A stretch of DNA of 64,000 nt from the human T2T-CHM13v2.0 reference genome, Homo sapiens: assembly GCF_009914755.1 (NCBI RefSeq), contig NC_060933.1; one strand, written 5' to 3'. Below the pieces are notes generated by a model that was not told the origin of the DNA, ran no database searches, and saw only the letters and a program-made list of their open reading frames with translations. Made by a program: the position numbers and the translations under genes. This document shows, one piece after another, positions 13,386-26,450 of the stretch. How positions within the stretch are numbered: the stretch's first letter is position 1; each line of letters begins with the position of its first letter.

Positions 13386-15220
13386 CCGGATGATTCCATT
13401 CCATTGCATTCCGTTCCATTACATTCCCCTGCACTCGCGTTGATTCCATTCCATTCCATTCCATTCAATTCCATTCCATTACAATTCGTTCCATTCCATT
13501 CTATTCCGTTCCGTTCCATTCCATTCCATTCCATTCCATTCCGTTCCGTTCCATTCCATTGCATTCCATTCTATTCGGGTTAATTCCATTCCATTCCATT
13601 CGATTGCAATCGAGTTGATTCCATTCCATTCCATTCCATTCCATTCCATTCCATTCCATTCCTTTCCATTCCGTTACGGATGATTCCATTCCATTGCATT
13701 CCATTCCAATCCATTCCCCTGTACTCGGGTTGATTCCATTCCATTCCATTCCAATCCATGCCATTCCACTCGTGTTGATTCCATTCTTTCCATTCCATTC
13801 AAGTTGAATCCATTCCATTGCATTCCATTCCATTCCATTCCCCTGCAGTCGGGTTGATTCCATTCCATTCCATTCCATTCCAATCCATTCCATTCCACTC
13901 CGTTCCGTTCCATTCCATTCTATTCCATTCCATTATATTCGGGTTAATTCCATTCCATTCCATTCCATTCCAATCGAGTTGATTCCATTCCATTCCATTC
14001 CATTCCATTCCACTCCATTCTAGTCCTTTCCATTCCATTCCACTCGGGTTGATTCCAATGTATTCCTTTCCATTCCATTCCATTCCATTGCAATCGAGTT
14101 GATTCCATTGCTTTGCATTCCACTCCATTCCATTCCATTCCGGATGATTCCATTCCATTGCATTCCATTCCATTCCATTCCCCTGCACTCGGGTTGATTC
14201 CATTCCATTCCACTCCATTCCGTTCCATTCCATTCCATGGCATTGTATTCGGGTTAATTCCATTCCATTCCATTCCATTCCATTCCATTCCATCACAATC
14301 GGGTTGGTTCCATTCCATTCCATTCCATTCCATTCCATTCCATTCCATTCCGGATGATTCCATTCCATTACATTCCGTTCCATTACATTCCCCTGCACTC
14401 GGGTTGATTCCATTCCATTCCATTCCATTCCATTCCATTCGATTCCATTCCATTCCAATTCTTTCCATTCCATTCTCTTCCGTACCATTCCATTCCATTC
14501 CATACCATTCCATTCCATTCCATTCCATTCCGTTCCTTTCCGTTCCATTCCATTCCATTGCATTGTATTCGGGTTAATTCCATTCCATTCCATTCCATTC
14601 TATTCCATTCCATTGCAATCGAGTTGAATCCATTGCATTCCATTCCATTCCATTCCATTCCATTCTGGAAGATTCCATTCCATTGCATTCCATTCCATTC
14701 CATTCCCCTGCACTCGCGTTGATTCCATTCCATTCCATTCCATTCCATTCCGTTCCGTTCCGTTCCGTTCCATTCCATTCCATTCCTTTCTATTCGGTTT
14801 AATTCCATTCCTTTCCATTCCATTCCATTCCATTCCATTCCAATCAAGTTGATTCCATTCCATTCCATTCCATTCCATTCCATTCCGTTCCGTTCCATTC
14901 CATTCCATTCCATTCCATTCCATTCCGGATGATTCCATTCCATTGCATTCCGTTCCATTACATTCCCCTGCACTCGCGTTGATTCCATTCCATTCCATTC
15001 CATTCCATTCAATTCCATTCCATTACAATTCGTTCCATTCCATTCTATTCCGTACCATTCCATTCCATTCAATTCCAATCGAGTTGATTCCTTTCCATTC
15101 CATTCCATTCCATTCCACTCCATTCCAGTCCTTTCCATTCCATTCCACTCGGGGTGATTCCAATGTATTCCTTTCCATTCCATTCCATTCCATTGCAATC
15201 GAGTTGATTCCATTGCTTTG

Positions 15221-18200
15221 CATTCCATTCCATTCCATTCCATTCCGGATGATTCCATTCCATTGCATTCCATTCCATTACATTCCCCTGCACTCGGGTT
15301 GATTCCATTCCATTCCACTCCATTCCGTTCCATTCCATTCCATTCCATTGTATTCGGGTTAATTCCATTCCATTCCATTCCATTCCATTCCATTACAATC
15401 GAGTTGATTCCATTCCATTCCATTCCATTCCAGTCCTTTCCATTCCATTCCACTCGGGTTGATTCCATTCTATTAGATTCCATTCCATTCCATTCCCTTC
15501 CATTCCACTCTGGTTGATACCATTCCTTTCCATTCCACTCGAATACATTCCCTCCTATTCCACTCGGAACGATTCCATTCCATTCCATTCCATTCCATTC
15601 CATTCCATTCCATTCCATTTCGTTCCATTCCATTCTATTCCGTATCATTCCATTCCATTCCATTCCATTCCATTCCATTCCATTCCATTCCATTCCATTC
15701 CATTGTACTCAGGTTGATTCAATTCCATTGCATTCCATTCCATTCCATTCCATTCCATTCCATTCCATTCCGTTCTATTCCATTCCATTACATTCGGATT
15801 GATTCTATTCAACTCCCTTACTCTCCATTACATTCCATTCCATTCGGGTTGTTCCATTCCATTCCATTCCATTCCACTCCATTCCATTGCACTCGGGTTG
15901 ATTCCATTCCATTCCATTCCATTCCATTCCATTCCATTCCATTCCGAATGATTCCATTCCATTGCATTCCGTTCCATTACATTCCCCTGTACTCGCGTTG
16001 ATTCCATTCCATTCCATTCAATTCCGTTCCATTACAATTCGTTCCATTCCATTCTATTCCGTACAATTCCATTCCTTTCCATACCATTCCATTCCATTCC
16101 ATTCCATTCCATTCCGTTGCATTCCGTTCCATTCCATTCCATTCCATTCTACTCGGATTAATTCCATTCCATTCCATTCCATTCCATTCCATTCCATTCA
16201 ATTCCATTCCATTGCAATCGAGTTGAATCCATTGCATTCCATTCCATTCCATTCCATTCCATTCCATTCCGGAAGATTCCATTCCATTGCATTCCATTCC
16301 ATTCCATTCCCCTGCACTCGCGTTGATTCCATTCCATTCCATTCCATTCCATTCCATTCCATTCCATTCCGTTCCGTTCCATTCCATTCCATTCCATTCC
16401 ATTCCATTCCGTTCCATTCCATTCCATTCCATTCTATTCGGGTTAATTCCATTCCATTCCATTCGATTGCAATCGTGTTGATTCCATTCCATTCTATTCC
16501 ATTCCATTCCATTCCATTCCATTCCTTTCCATTCCATTACGGATGATTCCATTCCATTGCATTCCATTCCATTCCATTCCCCTGTACTCGGGTTGATTCC
16601 ATTGCATTCCATTCCAATCCATGCCATTCCACTCGTGTTGATTCCATTCTTTCCATTCCATTCAAGTTGAATCCATTCCATTGCATTCCATTCCATTCCA
16701 TTCCCCTGCAGTCGGGTTGATTCCATTCCCTTCCATTCGATTCCATTCCATTCCATTCCGTTCCGTTCCGTTCCATTCCATTCCATTCCATTCTATTCGG
16801 GTTAATTCCATTCCATTCCATTGCATTCCATTCCAATCGAGTTGATTCCATTCCATTCCATTCCATTCCATTCCACTCCATTCCAGTCCTTTCCATTCCA
16901 TTCCACTCGGGTTGATTCCAATGTATTCCTTTCCATTCCATTCCATTCCATTGCATTCCGTTCCATTACATTCCCCTGCACTCGCGTTGATTCCATTCCA
17001 TTCCATTCCATTCCATTCAATTCCATTCCATTACAATTCGTTCCATTCCATTCTATTCCGTACCATTCCATTCCATTCCATTCCAATCGAGTTGATTCCT
17101 TTCCATTCCATTCCATTCCATTCCACTCCATTCCAGTCCTTTCCATTCCATTCCACTCGGGGTGATTCCAATGTATTCCTTTCCATTCCATTCCATTCCA
17201 TTGCAATCGAGTTGATTCCATTGCTTTGCATTCCATTCCATTCCATTCCATTCCGGATGATTCCATTCCATTGCATTCCATTCCATTCCATTCCCCTGCA
17301 CTCGGGTTGATTCCATTCCATTCCACTCCATTCCGTACCATTCCATTCCATTCCATTCCATTGTATTCGGGTTAATTCCATTCCATTCCATTCCATTCCA
17401 TTCCATTCCATTCCATTGCAATCGAGTTGATTACATTCCATTTCATTCCATTCCATTCCATTACATTCCATTCCAATCGAGTTGATTCCATTCCATTTCA
17501 TTCCATTCCATTCCATTCCATTCCATTCCATTCCATTCCATTCCATTCCTTTCCATTCCATTCCACTCGGGTTGATTCCATTCTATTAGTTTCCATTCCA
17601 TTCCATTCTCTTCCATTCCACTCTGGGTGATTCCATTCCTTTCCATTCCACTCGAATACATTCCCTCCTATTCTACTCGGAACGATTCCATTCCATTCCA
17701 TTCCATTCCATTCCATTCCATTCCATTACATTCCACTCGTGTTGATTCCATTCCTTTCCATTCCATTCGGTTTGAAGGCATTCCATTCCATTCCATTCCA
17801 TTCCATTCCATTCCATTGTACTCGGGTTGATTCCATTCCATTGCATTCCATTCCATTCCAATCCGTTGCATTCCATTCCATTACATTCGGATTGATTCTA
17901 TTCAACTCCCTTACTCTCCATTACATTCCATTCCATTCGGGTTGTTCCATTCCATTCCATTCCGTTCCACTCCATTCCATTGCACTCGGGTTGATTCCAT
18001 TCCATTCCATTCCATTCCATTCCATTCCGGATGATTCCGTTCCATTGCATTCCGTTCCATTACATTCCCCTGCACTCGCGTTGATTCCATTCCATTCCAT
18101 TCCATTCCATTCCATTCAATTCCATTCTATTACAATTCGTTCCATTCCATTCTATTCCGTAGCATTCCATTCCATTCCATACCATTCCATTCCATTCCAT

Positions 18201-18763
18201 TCCATTCCATTCCATTCCGTTCCGTTCCATTCCGTTCCATTCCATTCCATTCCATTCTATTCGGGTTACTTCCATTCCATTCCATTCCAATCTATTCCAT
18301 TCCATTGCAATCGAGTTGAATCCATTGCATTTCAATCCATTCCATTCCATTCCATTCCATTCCATTGCAATCGAGTTGAATCCATTGCATTTCATTCCAT
18401 TCCATTCCATTCCATTCCATTCCGGAAGATTCCATTCCATTGCATTCCATTCCATTCCATTCCCCTGCACTCGCGTTGATTCCATTCCATTCCATTCCAT
18501 TCCATTCCATTCCGTTCCGTTCCGTTCCATTTCATTCCATTCCATTCCATTCCATTCAGTTCCGTTCCATTCCATTCCATTCCATTCTATTCGGGTTAAT
18601 TCCATTCCATTCCATTCGATTGCAATCGAGTTGATTCCATTCCATTCCATTCCATTCCGTTCCGGATGATTCCATTCTATTGCATTCCATTCCATTCCAT
18701 TCCCCTGCAGTCGGGTTGATTCCATTCCATTCCATTCCATTCCATTCCATTCCATTCCATTCC
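15221..18763 (+). repeat. ~3.5 kb diverged direct duplication, copy 2
   Basis: Same marker order as 9725-13385. Net ~120 bp shorter, and lacks the ttcgttcc...ctgttccgtatc...ccctttc segment of ~12280-12345. Confidence 0.85.
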
Positions 18764-21184
18764 GTTCCATTCCATTCCATTCCATTCTATTCAGGTTAAT
18801 TCCATTCCATTCCTTTCCATTCCATTCCATTCCATTCCAATCGAGTTGATTCCATTCCATTCCATTCCATTCCATTCCACTCCATTCCAGTCCTTTCCAT
18901 TCCATTACACTCGGGTTGATTCCGTTCTATTCCTTTCCATTCCATTCCATTCCATTGCAATCGAGTTGATTCCATTGCTTTGCATTCTATTCCATTCCAT
19001 TCCATTCCGGATGATTCCATTCCATTGCATTCCATTCCATTCCATTCCCCTGCACTCGGGTTGATTCCATTCCATTCCACTCCATTCCGTTCCATTCTAG
19101 TCCATTCCATTGTATTCGGGTTAATTCCATTCCATTCCATTCCATTCCATTCCATTACAATGTAGTTGATTCCATTCCATTCCATTCCATTCCATTCCAT
19201 TCCAGTCCTTTCCATTCCATTCCACTCGGGTTGATTCCATTCTATTAGTTTCGATTCCATTCCATTCCCTTCCATTCCAATCTGGTTGATTCCATTCCTT
19301 TCCATTCCACTCGAATACATTCCCTCGTATTCCACTCAGAACGATTCCATTCCATTCCATTCCATTCCATTCCATTCCATTCCATTCCATTCCAGTTCGT
19401 TCCATTCCATTCTATTCCGTACCATTCTATTCCATTCCATTCCTTTCCATCCCATTCCATTCCACTCGTGGTGATTCCATTCCTTTCCATTCCATTCGGT
19501 TTGAAGGCATTCCATTCCATTCAATTCCATTCCATTCCATTCCATTCCATTCCATTCCATTGTACTCGAGTTGATTCCATTCCATTGCATTCAATTCCAT
19601 TCCATTCCATTCCATTGTACTCGAGTTGATTCCATTCCATTGCATTCCATTCCATTCCATTCCATTCCATTCTGTAGCATTCCATTCCATTACATTCGGA
19701 TTGATTCTATTCAACTCCCTTACTCTCCATTACATTCCATTCCATTCGGGTTGTTCCATTCCATTCCATTCCATTCCACTCCATTCCATTGCACTCGGGT
19801 TGATTCCATTCCATTCCATTCCATTCCATTCCATTCCGGATGATTCCATTCCATTGCATTCCGTTCCATTACATTCCCCTGCACTCGCGTTGATTCCATT
19901 CCATTCCATTCCATTCCATTCAATTCCATTCCATTGCAATTCGTTCCATTCCATTCTATTCCGTACCATTCCATTCCATTCCGTTCCATTCTGTTCCTTT
20001 CCATTCCATTCCATTCTATTCGGATTAATTCCATTCCATTCCATTCCGTTCCATTCCATTCCATTCCATTCCTTTCCATTCCATTACATTCCATTTCGTT
20101 CCATTCCATTCTATTCCGTACGATTCCATTGCATTCCATTCCATTCCATTCCTTTGCATTCCATTGAAATCGAGTTGATTCCATTCCATTCCGTTCCATT
20201 CCATTCCATTCCATTCCATTCCGGATGATTCCATTCCACTGCATTCCATTCCATTAAATTCCCCTGCACTTGGGGTGATTCCTTTCCATTCTATTCTATT
20301 CCATTCCATTCCATTCCATTTCATTGCAATCGAGTTGATTCCATTGCATTCCATTCCATTCCATTCCAGTCCTTTCCATTCCATTCCACTCGGGTTGATT
20401 CCATTCTATTCCTTTCCATTCCATTCGATTCCATTCCATTCCACTCTGGTTGATACCATTCCTTTTCATTCCACTCGAAAACATTCCCTTCTATTCCACT
20501 CGGAATGATTCCATTCCATTCCATTCCATTCCATTCCATTCCGTTTCGTTCCATTACATTCTATTCCGTACCATTCCACTCCATTCCATTCCATTCCATT
20601 CCATGCCATTCCTCTCGGGTTGATTCCATTCCTTTCCATTCCATTAGGGTTGAATCCATTCCATTCCATTCCATTCCATTCCATTCCATTCCATTCCATG
20701 CCATTCCACTCGGGTTGATTCCATTCCTTTCCATTCCATTCGAGTTGAATCCATTCCATTCCATTCCATTCCATTCGATTCCATTCCATTGCACACGGGT
20801 TCATTTCATTCCATTCCATTCCATTCCATTTAGTTCCATTCCATTCTATTCCATACCATTCCATTCCATTGCATTCCATTCCACTCCATTCCATGCTATT
20901 CCTCTCGGGTTTATTCCATTCCTTTCCATTCCATTCGGATTGAATCCATTCCTTTCCATTCAATTCCATTCCACTCGATTCCATTACATTGCAGTCGTGT
21001 TGTTTCCATTCCATTCCATTCCATTCCATTTCATTCTATTCCATTCCATTCCATTCCATTCCATTCCATTCCATTCCATGCCATTCCACTCGGGTTGATT
21101 CCATTCCTTTCCATTCCATTCGAGTTGAAACCATTCCATTCCATTCCATTCCATTCTATTCCATTCCATTCCAATCCATTGCAC

Positions 21185-24100
21185 ACGGGTTCATTCCATT
21201 CCATTCCATTCCATTCCATTCCATTCCATTCCATTCCATTCCATTTCGTTCCATTCCATTCTATTCCGTACCATTCCATTCCATTCCATTCCATTCCATT
21301 CCATGCCATTCCACTCGGTTTTTTCCATTCCTTTCCATTCCATTCGGGTTGAATCCATTCCTTTCCATTCCATTCCGTTCAATTCCATTCCATTGCACTC
21401 GGGTTGATTCCATTCCATTCCATGCCATTCCATTTCATTCCGTTCCATTCCATTCCATTACTTTCGGATTGATTCTTTTCAATTCCCTTACACTCCATTT
21501 CATTCCATTCCATTCGGGTAGTTTCCTTTCCATTCCATTCCATTCCACTCCATTGCATTGCACTCGGGTTGATAGATTCCATTCCATTCCATTCCATTCC
21601 ATTCCATTCCATTCCATTCCATTCCGGATGAATCCATTCCATTGCATTCCATTCCATTCCATTCCCCTGCACACGGGTTGATTCCATTCCATTCCATTCC
21701 ATTCCATTCCGTTCCATTCCATTCCATTCCATTCCATTCTGTTCAGGTTAATTCCATTCCATTCCATTCCATTCCATTCCATTCCATTCCATTCCATTCC
21801 ATTCCATTGCAATCGAGTTGTTTCCATTGCATTCCTTTCCATTCCATTCCATTGCATTCCATTGCATTCCATTCCCATGCACTCAGGTTGATTCCATTCC
21901 ATTCCATTCCATTCCATTCCATTCCATTCCGGATGATTCCATTCCATTGCCTTCCATTCCACTCCATTCCCCTGCACTCGGGTTGATTCCATTCCATTCC
22001 ATTCCATTCCATTCCATTCCATTCCATTCCATTCCATTCAACTGCACTAGGTTTGATTCCATTCCACTGCATTCCATTCCATTCCATTCCATTCCACTCC
22101 ATTCCATTCCATTCCCCCGCACTCGGGTTCATTCCATTCCATTGCATTTACTTCCATTCCATTCCATTCCATTCCATTCCATTCCATTCCATTAGACTCC
22201 ATTCCATGCCATTCCACTCGGTTTTATTCCATTCGTTTCCATTCCATTCGGGATGAATCCATTACATTCCATTACATTCGATTCCATTACATTGCACTCG
22301 TGTTGATTCCATTCCATTCCATTCCATTCCATTCCATTCCATGCCATTCCACTCGGGTTGATTTCATTCCATTCCGTTCCATTCGAGTCGAACCCATTCC
22401 ATTCCATTCCATTCCATTCCATTCCATTCCAATCCATTGCACACGGGTTCATTCCATTCCATTCCATTCCATTCCATTCCATTCCATTTCGTTCCATTCC
22501 ATTCTATTCGGTACCATTCCATTCCATTCCATTCGGTACCATTCCATTCCATTCCATTCCAATCCATTCCATTCCATGCCATTCCACTTGGGTTGATTCC
22601 CTTCCTTTCCATTCCATTCGGGTTGAATCCATTCCATTCCATTCCATTCCATTCCATTCCATTCCATTCCATTCCATTCCTTTCAATTCCATTGCACACG
22701 GGTTGGTTCCATTCCATTCCTTTCCGTTCCATTCCGGATGACTCCATTCCATTGCATTCCATTCCATTCCATTCCCCTGCACTCGGGTTCATTACCTTCC
22801 ATTCCATTTACTTCCATTCCATTCCATTCCATTCTATTCGGGTTAATTCCATTCCATTCCATTCCATTCTATTCGGGTTAATTCCATTCCATTCCATTCC
22901 ATTCCATTCCATTCCATTCCATTCCATTCCATTCCATTGCAATCGAGTTGATTCCATTCCATTCCATTCAATTCCGGATGATTCCATTCCATTGCCTTCA
23001 ATTCCATTCCATTCCCCTGCACTCGGGTTGATTCCATTCCATTCCATTCCATTCCATTCCATTCCATTCCATTCCATTTCATTCCATTCCATTTCGTTCC
23101 TTTCCATTCTATTCCGTACCATTCCATTCCATTCCATTCCATTCCATTCCATTCCATTCCATGCCATTCCACTCGGGTTGATTCCATTCCTTTCCATTCC
23201 ATTCGAGTTGAATCCATTCCAATCCATTCCATTCCATTCGATTCCATTCCATTGCACACGGGTTCATTCTATTCCATTCCATTCCATTCCATTCCATTCC
23301 ATTCCATTCCATTTCGTTCCATTCCATTATATTCCGTACCATTCCATTCCATTCCATTCCATTCCATTCCACTCCACTCCATGCCATTCCACTCGGGTTT
23401 ATTCCATTCCTTTCCATTCCATTCGGGTTGAATCCATTCCATTCCATTCCATTCCATTCGATTCCATTACATTGCACTCGGGTTGATTCCATTCCTTTCC
23501 ATTCCATTCCATTCCACTCCATTCCATGCCATTCCACGCGGGTTTATTCCATTCCTTTCCATTCCATTCGTGTTGAATCCATTCCATTCCATTCCATTCC
23601 ATTCGATTCCATTACACTGCACTCGGGTTGATTCCATTCCATTCCATTACATTCCATTTCATTCCATTCCATTCCATTCCATTCCATTCCATTCCATTCC
23701 ATTCCATGCCATTCCACTCGTGTTGATTCCATTCCTTTGCATTCCATTCGTGTTGAACCCATTCCATTCCATTCCATTCCATTGCACACAGGTTCATTCC
23801 ATTCCATTCCATTCCATTCCATTCCATTCCATTCCGTTCCATTCCATTCCATTCCATTCCATTCCATTCCATTCCATTTCGTTCCATTCCATTCTATTCT
23901 GTACCATTCCATTCCATTCCATTCCACTCCATTCCATGCCATTCCACTCGGGTTTATTCCATTCCTTTTCATTCCATTTGGGTTGAATCCATTCCATTCC
24001 ATTCCATTCCTTTCGATTCCATTATATTGCACACGGGTTGATTCCATTCCATTCCATTCCGTTCCATTCAGGATGACTCCATTCCATTGCATTCCATTCC

Positions 24101-26450
24101 ATTCCATTCCCCTGCACTCGGGTTCATTACATTCCATTCCATTCCCATCCACTCCATTCCATTCCATTCCATTCCATTCCATTTCAATCGAGTTGATTCC
24201 ATTCCATTCCATTCCATTCCATTCCATTCCGGATGATTCCATTCCATTGCCTTCCATTCCACTCCATTCCCCTGCACTCGGGTTGATTCCATTCCATTCC
24301 ATTCCATTCCATTCCATTCCATTCCATTTCTTTCCATTCCACTCTATTCCGTACCATTCCATTCCATTCCTTTCCATTCCAATCCATGCTATTCCACTCG
24401 GGTCGATTCCATTCCTTTCCATTCCATTCGAGTTGAATGCATTCCATTCCATTCCATTCCATTCGATTCCATTCCATTGCACACGGGTTCATTTCATTCC
24501 ATTCCATTCCATTCCATTCCATTCCAATCCATTCCATTTCGTTCCATTCCATTCTATTCCGTACCATTCCATTCCATTCCATTCCATTCCATTCCACTGC
24601 ATTCTATTGCACTCGGGTTGATTGACTCCATTCCATTGCATTCCATTCCATTCCATTCCATTCCATTCCATTCCATTCTGTTCAGGTTAATTCCATTCCA
24701 TTCCATTCCCTTCCATTCCATTCCATTCCATTCCATCCCATTGCAATCGAGGTGATTCCATTGCATTCCATTCCATTCCATTCCATTCCATTGCATTCCC
24801 CTGCACTCAGATTGATTCCATTGCATTCCTTTCCATTCCATTCCGTTCCATTCCTTTCCATTCCATTCTATTTGCGTTAATTCCGTTCCATTCCATTCCA
24901 TTACATTCCTTTGCAATCGAGTTGATTCCATTCCATTCCATTCCATTCCATTCCATTCCATTCCATTCCATGCCATTCCACTCGGGTTGATTCCATTCCT
25001 TTCCATTCCATTCGAGTTGAATCCATTCCATTCCATTCTATTCCATTCGATTCCATTCCATTGCTCACGTGTTCATTCCATTCCATTCCATTCCATTCCA
25101 TTCCATTCCATTCCATTTCTTTCCATTCCATTCTCTTCCGTAGTATTCCATTCCATTCCATTCCACTCCATTCCATGCCATTCCACTCGGGTTTATTCCA
25201 TTCCTTTCCATTCCATTCGGGTTGAATTCATTCCATTCCATTCCACTCCATTCCATTCAATTCCATTACATTGCACTCGGGTTGATTCCATTGCATTCCA
25301 TTCCATTTCAATCCATTCCCTTCCATTCCATTTCATTCCATTCCATTCCATTCCATTCCATTCCATTCCATTCCATTCCATGCCATTCCACTCGAGTTGA
25401 TTCCATTACTTTCCATTCCATTCTAGTTGAACCCATTCCATTCCATTCCATTCCATTCCATTCCATTGCACACGGAATGGAATGGAATGGAAACAACCCG
25501 AATGGAATGGAATGTAATGGAGTGTAAGGGAATTGAATACAATCAATCCGAATGTAATGGAATGGAATGGAACGGAATGGAATGGAATGGAATGCAGTGG
25601 AATGGAATCAAACCTAGTGCAATGGAATGGAATGCAATGGAATGGAATGGAATGGAATGGAAGGGATTGGATTCAACCCAAATGGAATGGAAAGCAATGG
25701 AATCAAACCGAGTGGAATGGCATGGAATGGAATGGAATGGTACAGAATAGAATGGAATGGAACGAAATGGAATGGAATGGAATGGAATGGAACGGAATGG
25801 AATTAACGCGAGTAGAATGGAATGGAATGTAATGGAACGGAATGGAATGGAATGGGATGGAATGGAATCAATCTGAGTGCAGGGGAATGGAATGGAATGG
25901 AATGCAATGGAATGGAATGGAATGGAATGGAATGCAATGGAATCAACTAGATTGCAATGGGATGGAATGGAATGGAATGGAATGGAAGGGAATGGAATGG
26001 AATGAAATTAACCTGAACAGAATGGAATGGAATGGAATGGAACGGAATGGAAGGGAATGGAATGGAATGGAATTAACCTGAACAGAATGGAATAGAATGG
26101 AATGGAACGGAATGGAATGGAATGGAATGGAATGGAATGCAATGGAATGGGATCAACCCAAGTGCAGGGGAATGGAATGGAATGGAATGCAATGGAATGG
26201 AATCAATCAACCCGAGTGCAATAGAATGCAGTGGAATGGAATGGAATGGAATGGAAAGTACCCGAATGGAATGGAATGTAATGGAGTGTAAGGGAATTAA
26301 AAAGAATCAATCCGAATGTAATGGAATGGAATTGAAAGGAAAGGAATGGAAAGGAATGGAACGGAATGGAACGGGATGAAATGGAATGGCATAGAACGGA
26401 ATGGAATCAACCCGAGCGCAATGGAATGGAATGGAATGGAATGGAATGGA
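21185..26450 (+). repeat. Near-identical dispersed direct duplication, copy 2
   Basis: Matches 1-5261, including the strand switch (4285 <-> 25474) and the rare marker cccgagcgca (5222 <-> 26411). Diverges at 26451 (ttcaacccg) vs 5262 (atggaatggagtc). Confidence 0.93.

Larger units (their letters stand above)
7655..25473 (+). repeat. HSat3 block 3, CATTC on + strand, ~17.8 kb (domain B to ~20500, then domain A)
   Basis: Uninterrupted CATTC orientation between the two strand switches. Confidence 0.95.
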
